Origin: Candidatus Thorarchaeota archaeon
GTDB taxonomy: Archaea; Asgardarchaeota; Thorarchaeia; Thorarchaeales; Thorarchaeaceae
Length of the DNA stretch: 64,000 nt
Direction of reading: 5' to 3'
Assembly: GCA_963726195.1 (NCBI GenBank)
Contig: CAVSBO010000004.1
Span: forward strand, 32,001 to 96,000
The translations under genes were made by a program, and so were the position numbers. Below are positions 56,405 to 64,000 of this stretch, one piece after another; position 1 is the first letter of the stretch; each line of letters begins with the position of its first letter. A model generated the notes under the pieces. That model was not told the DNA's origin, ran no database searches, and saw only the letters and a list, made by a program, of their open reading frames with translations.

Positions 56405-58444
56405 CTAGACACACCACGCAATCGATGTGGGCGAAGCCTCACATGTCCTATCATACGCGCAAACACGCCTAGGATGATAATGCATGAGCCATAGCACAAT
56501 ATTGAGTGCCAGTGTCCCATCATAATACGAATGGTATTGATGCGTCATGCCGTAATTGTCGAATTCGAAATTGGAACCTGAGATAACGATCCTGCCACCA
56601 CCAGCACCCTGAAGGCATGCCAACACCGGGTCGATGCCGTAGCTTCCCAGAGTGGTTGCGCCGCCGGGGACTTTGATGGGTGCTCCAAGGAAGTCGAAGT
56701 CGTAAACTCCCACGGTCGTGGGATGGGCGGTGACTTGAGTAACAAGAACAGGACTGTCGCCAGAACCAACTCTGCCGTTTGTCAGAGAGAAGTTGGTCCA
56801 GCTGAGGAAATGATTGAGAGAGTGAACATCCAGACTGTCGTTTGATAGAGCAACAACGAGTATTCCACCACCGCTATTGAAGTATTGATGATAGGCTGTA
56901 ATCTCACTGTCTGAAAAGGGCACAGAGAAAATAGATGGGTTGAATGCGTCGCTCTCGTTTAAGTCCCAGACGCATGGGTCCAGCAAGAGGACTGCGTCAA
57001 ACGTGGAGAGAAGACTGTACGTGATTTCCGAGCTGTTGCGCAACTCCGTCACTGAGAACGAGTTCGTTGTGAGCTTCTTGTAGAACTCTCTGAACTGACC
57101 ATAGATTGTGTCAATGGACCAAGTCGTGTGGCTGATGTCGAAGGCTACCCTTGCAGTAGCGTCTGGAGCTGTGAACCGAATTGTGACGCGCGATGTGCCG
57201 CCGGTGTTAGATACGAATGTGATGTTGCCGCTGTAGGATGTGATACCGCTAGCTGGCACAACCACCTTCAGAGGAACAATGCCAACTTGGTTGATAGAAA
57301 CAGGCGAAGACACATTGAATATGCCTGGGGTGCTGCTGGTGATCTTAATGTCGAATGTCGCCTGCGATGACGTGAAGAGCTGCAGATTGAATTCATAGGT
57401 ATCTCCATGGAAGAGGCTCTCGAAATCAATGGGAAGTTCAGCAGGGCTTACGTATGAAATGTTAGGCAAAAGCCCTGTGCTCGAACTACCGGCTATCACT
57501 TGGATTGAATTCGTGAGATCTAATGCGCCAGCGCCAACAACATACTCTGGATAAGGCAGCGTGTCAGCACCTTTCAACAGGGCAGTCATGATTGAACCGG
57601 GTGTGAATGGCAAACTGTTCTTGATGCAGTAGGCGACCAGCTCCGCTGCCGCGGCAGACACACGTGGAGATGAAAAGGATGTTCCATAGTAGGTGGTTGT
57701 CGTCGTCTGAACGTAGCCAGCGGCGGCGATGTCTGGTTTCATATAGCTTGACGCAGTTGGGCCTGTACTTGAGAAGTAGGCCGGGGACCCATTATCATCG
57801 AGAGCCGCGACCGCTAGGCAGTCCATGAATACACCTGGCGACGAGACGCTCGTGCCGGCTCTTCCGCTGTCACCCTCGTTGCCCGCGGCTGCCACAACGA
57901 CGACTCCCTTTGAAAACGCATACTGTATCGCCTTCTCAGTTGGATCATCATAAGTTGGCGTCGAACCAAGGCTCAGATTGATGACACTGCAGTTCTGTTC
58001 GACTGCCCAGTAGATAGCGGCGATTAGTCCCGGTGTGGTGGCTTGTCCATTCGAATCAAGGATTCTTCCATTGACTATCACACAGTTTTGGCTTTCTTGA
58101 GCGATTGTCATAGCCACGAGTGTACCGTGTGGCGTGCCACCGGGCCTGGAATCAGTTGTGGTAAGGTCGCTGGAGGTGTAGCCGTAATCGACCGAAATGA
58201 AGCTCTGCTGCGAGGCGATTCTGCCCTGAAGAACGCCAGAGCTATCCATCCCCGAATCCAAGACTGCAACTCTGACTTGCCCAGTCCCTGACGAGAAAGG
58301 CCCGAGCTGCAAGAGAAGCATTACGCCGGAAGACATCACAATGAGAAGAATCACAAACACTGCCAGGAGCTTGATAGCGGTTGACGAGGACCGTTTGGGG
58401 CCGCTATCTCTGATTTCCCAATAGTTCATCATTGGATTCACCAT
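56405..58444 (-). CDS. Membrane-anchored S8 subtilase with Ig-like and GldG/DUF4350-type C-terminal domains (Site-1-protease-like architecture)
   Basis: N-terminal TM; catalytic motifs VLDSG, HGTLVA, GTSFSSP; oxyanion AAGN; C-domain RVAFDISH...GGRIVISGS. Confidence 0.85.
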   Translation of the reverse strand: MVNPMMNYWEIRDSGPKRSSSTAIKLLAVFVILLIVMSSGVMLLLQLGPFSSGTGQVRVAVLDSGMDSSGVLQGRIASQQSFISVDYGYTSSDLTTTDSRPGGTPHGTLVAMTIAQESQNCVIVNGRILDSNGQATTPGLIAAIYWAVEQNCSVINLSLGSTPTYDDPTEKAIQYAFSKGVVVVAAAGNEGDSGRAGTSVSSPGVFMDCLAVAALDDNGSPAYFSSTGPTASSYMKPDIAAAGYVQTTTTTYYGTSFSSPRVSAAAAELVAYCIKNSLPFTPGSIMTALLKGADTLPYPEYVVGAGALDLTNSIQVIAGSSSTGLLPNISYVSPAELPIDFESLFHGDTYEFNLQLFTSSQATFDIKITSSTPGIFNVSSPVSINQVGIVPLKVVVPASGITSYSGNITFVSNTGGTSRVTIRFTAPDATARVAFDISHTTWSIDTIYGQFREFYKKLTTNSFSVTELRNSSEITYSLLSTFDAVLLLDPCVWDLNESDAFNPSIFSVPFSDSEITAYHQYFNSGGGILVVALSNDSLDVHSLNHFLSWTNFSLTNGRVGSGDSPVLVTQVTAHPTTVGVYDFDFLGAPIKVPGGATTLGSYGIDPVLACLQGAGGGRIVISGSNFEFDNYGMTHQYHSYYDGTLALNIVLWLMHYHPRRVCAYDRTCEASPTSIAWCV

Positions 58445-58641
58445 CGAGTCACAGCTCGGGACCTGCCAAACCAATCAATCCATTGTACATGAAGCTGTTG
58501 TTCTGATACAATGCGGTCCACAGTGGAGCGATTGCATTTGAAAGGACCAACCGCAAGCGCGTTCGGAAGCCGTCGACCTGCTCAAAAGAAGCTTCAAAAG
58601 GTGGCCAGAGGAGGCCGAGTACGTTTTGGACTCCACAGAAC

Positions 58642-61620
58642 ATGTTACAAGTTGATTTATCTGGAAAAGGGCAGTCGAAGTGCTCAATCAACGGGGAACT
58701 CATCGTGCCAGAACAAGACGCCATCACAACTAGCCTAGGAGCTGAAGGTTTTCATTCGATACCTCTCGACGACCTGCTGCAAGTGCTCTCTGTTGATCCC
58801 AAGATTGGACTGTCGGACGAAGAGGTGAAGTCTCGCCTTCAGCAATATGGCCCCAACTCCATTCCGAAAGTCAAAGGGTCCTTCTGGAAAGTCTACTTGG
58901 CACCAATCCTGAACTGGCTGATTAACATCTATATCGTGAGCTCTGTTGCTCTTCTCGCAATCTCGTTGCTCTTTCCGTCTCCAGAGAACGGGCTCTTACA
59001 AGCCACAATCTGGATTGCTGTGGTTGCCGTGAATTGCATTGTGGCCATCTTTCAGCAGTATAGGGCCCAAAAGAAGCTTGAAGCGCTCGAGAAGCTGGCG
59101 GCAGGAGAAACAAGGGTCATACGTGACGGTTCAGAGATGAAAATAGACCCTGCCCGCATCGTGCCCGGTGATGTGATTAAACTCGAGCAGGGCGACAAGA
59201 TACCTGCTGATGCTAGGATAGTCTCATGCTCCAACCTCACGACCAATGAGGCTTCATTGACTGGTGAGAGTGTTCCCAGCACGAAGGACTACGAGGCAGT
59301 CTTGCCAGCGGCTGCTCCTATCACGGATATGACCAATACGATATTTCTGGGTACCTACGTTGCCACAGGCAGGGCACTTGCCGTCGTGACAAAGACCGGG
59401 GCCGCCACTGAGATTGGGAAGATCCAGAGAGAGCTGGAGGCGCTCAACACCGGGGATATACCTCTCCGGAAGAAAGTGAACCGACTCGCCAAGTATCTCG
59501 GCATAACGGCTCTCCTCTTGCTGGCCGTGTCCATCCTATGGCAGGTCTTCCTTCTACCGCTCATCACGAACACTCCCATCGTCATCACTCCTGAGGCTAT
59601 CGCTGCTAACCTGGAACTTGCCATACCCAGAGCCTTGACGATCATGCCCATGAATATCCCGTTGCTCACCACAATTGTGCTTCTTACTGGTGTTCTTGTC
59701 ATGGCGCAACATGGAGTAATCATCCGGGACCTCTCCGCTGTAGAGAGTCTGGGTCGGGTCAGTGTCATATGCTCAGACAAGACTGGCACATTGACGCGGA
59801 ACCAAATGACTGTCAGGTTTTGCTGGGACACGCAGAATCTCTATTCTGTAACTGGAGATGGATACGAGCCCTCAGGTCAGATATACCGACTCAAGGATTC
59901 TTCGGGAATCATGTCGTTCAATTACGAACATGAAAGCAAGCCGACTGACGTGAGAACTTCGAAGAGCCTGTACAAGCTAATGATATGCGGGGCGATAGAC
60001 AACGATTCTGAGATAGTGAAGAAGGAGATTCCCAGCCAAGGTACCGCTTGGACCGCTATCGGAGATCCGACTGATGCTGCCCTGCTTGCGCTCTTCAGAA
60101 AGACCAACCTCGATGAAGAAGATGTCAGAAAGAAGTACAAGGTGGTCAAGGAGTTTCCGTTCGAGTCTGAGCTGAAACGTGTATCAAAGATATGTCATGA
60201 CGGAAAGAAATTTGTCGCCTTTGTGAAGGGAGCAAGCGAAGTCATACTGCCAAGATGCACCACAATCGATGGAAGCGATCGCCCCTCAAAGCTCACGACC
60301 GATACTGCAGGCAAGATTCAGGGATATGTCGATAGCTTTGCAGCGATGGGATATCGTGTCATATCACTTGCTTACCATGAGATGGACTCCTTCCCCGAGT
60401 CTGAAGACGCAAGAGACCTGACCGAGAAGAACTTGGCATACCTCGGCTTTGCGTGCATTGTCGACCCGCCCCGTGATGGCGCAAAAGAAGCCGTAGAGAG
60501 TTGTCACAGTGCGGGGATTAACGTTGTGATGATTACTGGAGACGCCTCCGCCACTGCACAGACGATTGCTCGCGATTTGGGAATCTCGTCCAAGAACTCA
60601 CTAGTCGCAGAGGGTGCTTCGATTGAGGAACTCAGCGATAGCGATTTTGCAAAGGTGAATGTGTTCGCGCGCGTCAATCCTCAACACAAGCAAGTCATTG
60701 TAGAGCGGTACCAGAACCAAGGCAAAGTGGTCGCGATGACCGGAGACGGTGTCAACGATGCGCTTGCACTTGCGATGTGTGATGCAGGTATTGCCATGGG
60801 TATCACCGGTACGGATGTGGCCAAAGAAGCGGCAGACCTCGTGATAACCGACGACAGCTTCACGTCAATAGTTGAAGGTGTGCGTCAAGGAAGGGGCCTG
60901 TTCAACAAGATCCGAATGATGGTCTACTTCTACTTGGCTATCAACCTGTCTGAGAGCATTCTCTACTTTGGAGGGCTCTTCCTTCTGCCTGCGTCAATGG
61001 CAGTGCTGACATCGTGGCAGAGTCTGTACCTGATAGTCACCACTCATTCGTTTCCGGGATTGGCTCTCGTATTTGACAGAACTTCGCGTACGGCAATGGA
61101 CGAGAAACCAAGGGACAGTGAGGCAATTATCACTCATCCACTTGCCAAGTTTATGGCCCTCAACATAGTGCTGATGGCAATCGGCGCAGGGCTCGCCTAT
61201 GCATTGACCGTAACCGGGTGGTTCGGAATCGAGGGTCTCTTTCCCGAAAACGTAGGCGGTATCTACTCAGCTTCAATTGATTCCGCATTCAAGGCGAGGG
61301 TCATGATGTTGAGCGTGATGCTGCTGACCGAAAGCACGTTGGTACTCATAGTCAGACGCGTGAACATGTCTCTGAGGCGGAGTCTTAGGGAACCAGGGAC
61401 GATGATATTTGTTCCCTTCCTCGCAATCATCTATGCCGCACATTTGCTTCTGATGTACGTCCCACAGTCCCAAGGGTTATTGTCAACTGTAGGGCTTCAC
61501 TTTTACTTCCTGCCTTTGACGCTCTATGACTGGGTCATCTGCTTCTTGCTAGCTATGCCGGCAATAGTGGGTATGGAAGTGTACAAGTGGAGACTTAGAC
61601 GACAGGGCAAGACCATCTAG
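58642..61620 (+). CDS. P-type ATPase, type II (SERCA/PMR1-like scaffold) with non-canonical transport-site residues
   Basis: GLSDEEV, TGES, DKTGTLT, GDPTD, FESELKR, KGA, DPPR, TGD, GDGVNDA; 10 TM segments. Confidence 0.92.
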   Translation: MLQVDLSGKGQSKCSINGELIVPEQDAITTSLGAEGFHSIPLDDLLQVLSVDPKIGLSDEEVKSRLQQYGPNSIPKVKGSFWKVYLAPILNWLINIYIVSSVALLAISLLFPSPENGLLQATIWIAVVAVNCIVAIFQQYRAQKKLEALEKLAAGETRVIRDGSEMKIDPARIVPGDVIKLEQGDKIPADARIVSCSNLTTNEASLTGESVPSTKDYEAVLPAAAPITDMTNTIFLGTYVATGRALAVVTKTGAATEIGKIQRELEALNTGDIPLRKKVNRLAKYLGITALLLLAVSILWQVFLLPLITNTPIVITPEAIAANLELAIPRALTIMPMNIPLLTTIVLLTGVLVMAQHGVIIRDLSAVESLGRVSVICSDKTGTLTRNQMTVRFCWDTQNLYSVTGDGYEPSGQIYRLKDSSGIMSFNYEHESKPTDVRTSKSLYKLMICGAIDNDSEIVKKEIPSQGTAWTAIGDPTDAALLALFRKTNLDEEDVRKKYKVVKEFPFESELKRVSKICHDGKKFVAFVKGASEVILPRCTTIDGSDRPSKLTTDTAGKIQGYVDSFAAMGYRVISLAYHEMDSFPESEDARDLTEKNLAYLGFACIVDPPRDGAKEAVESCHSAGINVVMITGDASATAQTIARDLGISSKNSLVAEGASIEELSDSDFAKVNVFARVNPQHKQVIVERYQNQGKVVAMTGDGVNDALALAMCDAGIAMGITGTDVAKEAADLVITDDSFTSIVEGVRQGRGLFNKIRMMVYFYLAINLSESILYFGGLFLLPASMAVLTSWQSLYLIVTTHSFPGLALVFDRTSRTAMDEKPRDSEAIITHPLAKFMALNIVLMAIGAGLAYALTVTGWFGIEGLFPENVGGIYSASIDSAFKARVMMLSVMLLTESTLVLIVRRVNMSLRRSLREPGTMIFVPFLAIIYAAHLLLMYVPQSQGLLSTVGLHFYFLPLTLYDWVICFLLAMPAIVGMEVYKWRLRRQGKTI

Positions 61621-61649
61621 CACCAGAAGCCCATTGGGGGCCCTAGCAA

Positions 61650-63614
61650 ATGCTGCAACTGCCGTTCTTCAGTCCGTTGATTTGGGGCCTAATGCTCGCG
61701 GCCGTCTTCCTAGTTACGGCTGTAGGTTCCATCATTGAGCTGACCATGAGAGCGAGAACCCGTCAAGTGCAGAGACTGGACGCGATGCTCCTCACTCGGA
61801 TGACCATTCCTGTTCTGGAGCTGGCAAATGGTCTTGACAAGAAGGCCCTCGACAAGTCGAGTACATTGGCTGTTGTTAAACGCGCAAAGAACGCAATGCT
61901 GAGCTTTGCCGGGAGCTCAGTCGTTTCAGTGCCACTGATGATGCAGAGACTTCGCTCGCAGCTCGCTGACAGCAGCGCAATCCATGTGGCAGATGAATCC
62001 AAGCGTTGGGAACTCTCAGATGATCAGATTGCTTCGTTAGTAGAAACAATCACAACGGCTGAGGGCATGGATGTTGTTCTGACGAAGGATGGAGATTTCA
62101 TTCTAGTCACTGAATTCAAGGGACGCATGAGGGATGCGCTCAATCTTGGCGGGCGCTTGGATATCTCGTCAGAGGCCCAACGCATGAGAGTGGATCCCGG
62201 AGAGCTCAGAAAACTTGTACAGACCTGGGGTTGGGGACTGATTGAGGGGTCTGACGGTTCACTGGTTTCAACACGCTGGCTGAAGTCGACTCTTGAACGC
62301 GGTGTCGATAAGCTGGGCTATCTGGACCCGAAGGCTGAGGCAGCACGATTGCACATTCCTGTGGGAGCCATCACGGAAACAATCAAACAGCTGAAGTGGA
62401 CACTCATCGAGACACAGGACGGGAGACAGGTGCCAAGCCACCTGTTGGAGCAGCACCTTGTCGATAGCATTCGAAAGGAAGGGTTCATTGATCTCGACGC
62501 GGAATCGAAGGAGCTCAAGGTAGGTGTTCCGGACCTACTAAGACTGCTGCGCACGGCTGGCATGCGCATAGTCTCCACGAAAGACCATTCGGTTGCGACT
62601 GTCGAGTACGTGCGAGACCGAGTCAGAGACGACATGCAGCTCTCCGGCTGGGTGTCACCCGATCAAGAGGCAGAGGTCCTCGGGGTCGACAAGAACGTCA
62701 TTGACGATATCTTGAAGGGCCAGCCCGGTTTGAGAAGAGGAAGAGATGGAAGGTATGTTTCGCTAGAATCCCTTCGACGATGGCTTCTTCAGGAAGCTGA
62801 AGAAGCAGGTGTGATTCGAGTGAACGACGCGGAGACGCAATGGGGTCTGTCTCCTCTCGAACTCCAGTTACTTGTAAGAGAGTCGGGCTTGACCACGGTC
62901 GTCACGCGCTCCGGTGACTACCTATCGACCGCGTTTGTCCGCCGAAAAGTACAATCTGATCTCAGCAAAGGTGTTCGTGTGGAGCCTTCCGTTCTCGCCA
63001 GTGGTCTAGGGATCGACTCAAGAACGGCTGAAGGAATCATGGCACGGGTGAAGGGAGAAGGGCTAGTCACAGAAGATGGCTCACTAATTCCTGCGTCTCT
63101 CTTGCGAAAGAATCTTCAGCAGGCATTTGCGTCCACGGGGATAGTTGACCTGGTGAGGGAGGGCAGAACTCAGAGACTCGACGTTTCGGATCTCAGAAGG
63201 ATAGTAGTAGGCTTGGGAATAGAGACGCTGGAGACCGCAACAAACAAGCTTGTTGACGTATCGTGGATTATCAATGGCATGAGACAGGCTCTCAAACTGA
63301 AAGGAGTCTTTTACCTTGCTAGACTAGCGAGCACTCTCGAACTTGATTACGTGACAGTGGCGGAGGTTGTTGAAAAGAAGCTTGAAGCCAATGAGATGAT
63401 TGTAGACCCAGCGGGTGTGGTTGTGAATTCTGAATGGGTTGCGGATCTTCGCCAGTATTCCTCAGTTACAGACATGATACCGGTTACACAGTTATCGACC
63501 GAGATGGGCCTTAGCCCCGAGTCGGTGCTTCATTTGCTCAAGAGGTACGTGGGCGGTCTCTACAATTCGCGGACCGACTCATTCACCCCTCGACTGCAAC
63601 AAACAGGTACGTAA
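61650..63614 (+). CDS. Membrane-anchored tandem winged-helix repeat protein, UFL1/DDRGK1-like
   Basis: N-terminal TM helix, then about 11 repeats of ~53 aa (helix, G.h.h...A..h.h....h..hh, T.DG.h wing). Confidence 0.7.
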   Translation: MLQLPFFSPLIWGLMLAAVFLVTAVGSIIELTMRARTRQVQRLDAMLLTRMTIPVLELANGLDKKALDKSSTLAVVKRAKNAMLSFAGSSVVSVPLMMQRLRSQLADSSAIHVADESKRWELSDDQIASLVETITTAEGMDVVLTKDGDFILVTEFKGRMRDALNLGGRLDISSEAQRMRVDPGELRKLVQTWGWGLIEGSDGSLVSTRWLKSTLERGVDKLGYLDPKAEAARLHIPVGAITETIKQLKWTLIETQDGRQVPSHLLEQHLVDSIRKEGFIDLDAESKELKVGVPDLLRLLRTAGMRIVSTKDHSVATVEYVRDRVRDDMQLSGWVSPDQEAEVLGVDKNVIDDILKGQPGLRRGRDGRYVSLESLRRWLLQEAEEAGVIRVNDAETQWGLSPLELQLLVRESGLTTVVTRSGDYLSTAFVRRKVQSDLSKGVRVEPSVLASGLGIDSRTAEGIMARVKGEGLVTEDGSLIPASLLRKNLQQAFASTGIVDLVREGRTQRLDVSDLRRIVVGLGIETLETATNKLVDVSWIINGMRQALKLKGVFYLARLASTLELDYVTVAEVVEKKLEANEMIVDPAGVVVNSEWVADLRQYSSVTDMIPVTQLSTEMGLSPESVLHLLKRYVGGLYNSRTDSFTPRLQQTGT

Positions 63615-63716
63615 CCAGAAGTATGCTTGGCGTATATACAATATGTTCCTACCGCTCTCGATATGGGAACTCTATAAATAAGCGGTTTGTCTTGTATTCT
63701 GATGGGTGCACTTACT

Positions 63717-64000
63717 GTGGGCCGCATGACCACTCACAAGATTAGGCAGATGAAGGGCAAGAAGAAGATCGTAATGCTGACCGCTTACGATGCTCCATGT
63801 GCTCGAATCCTGAGCGACAACGGAGTTGACATCATTCTTGTTGGAGACTCTGTCGGCAATTCGTTGCTCGGCTACGAGAGCACGATACCCGTGACCTTGG
63901 ATGACATAATCCACCACTCCGCAGCAGTGGCAAGGGCAAAGCCAAGCTCGCTAATTGTCGGCGACATGCCTTTCATGTCGTACAAAATCAGCGAAGAACA
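63717..64000 (+). CDS. panB: 3-methyl-2-oxobutanoate hydroxymethyltransferase (runs off window; absent from the ORF track)
   Basis: KIVMLTAYDA, DIILVGDS.G..LLGY.ST.PVTLDD..HH..AV, VGDMPFMSY; TATAAATA at about 63673. Confidence 0.95.
   Translation, partial: MGRMTTHKIRQMKGKKKIVMLTAYDAPCARILSDNGVDIILVGDSVGNSLLGYESTIPVTLDDIIHHSAAVARAKPSSLIVGDMPFMSYKISEE

Noticed and set aside
58449-58738. Small ORFs between the protease and the ATPase as real genes
   Set aside because: They overlap the starts and promoter region of the two divergent genes and show no recognisable motif.
1-64000. tRNA or rRNA genes
   Set aside because: No cloverleaf with a T-loop GTTCRA consensus or rRNA-like conserved block was recognised by eye. 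A tRNAscan-SE/Infernal run would be needed to exclude intron-containing tRNAs.

Overview
Archaeal chromosome segment, most consistent with an Asgard archaeon (Thorarchaeia-like), inferred from the surface-protein and NosD-domain styles and eukaryote-like winged-helix and protease architectures. Most genes carry isolated single-base frameshifts, which point to an unpolished long-read assembly rather than mass pseudogenisation. Housekeeping content includes nucleotide-sugar enzymes, a flippase, birA, RNase HIII, acr3, an ABC transporter, a biotin-dependent carboxyltransferase set (PccB-like, PycB/OadA-like, BCCP), thiolase/DUF35, acyl-CoA dehydrogenase, leuBCD-like genes, GH36, HisJ and panB. 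About 19 kb of accessory DNA separates the pccB-like and pycB-like genes. It holds two giant Ig/cadherin-like repeat surface proteins and a 6,144-bp island bounded by a synonymously recoded duplication of the 5' end of pycB. Main highlights: (1) a membrane-anchored protein of about 11 tandem winged helices resembling the eukaryotic UFM1 E3 ligase UFL1 plus its anchor DDRGK1; it lies 29 bp behind a SERCA-like P-type ATPase whose ion site II is rewritten (PEGL to PMNI, N to I, D to H), and that ATPase is divergent from a Site-1-protease-like subtilase; (2) an ORF-less IS200/IS605 mini-element that keeps a TATA box and a complete TnpB omega-RNA-like scaffold; (3) the pycB-targeting island with twin wHTH regulators, an RHH protein and a PD-(D/E)XK nuclease. 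No rRNA, tRNA or CRISPR array was recognised. All family assignments come from motif recognition without database searches.
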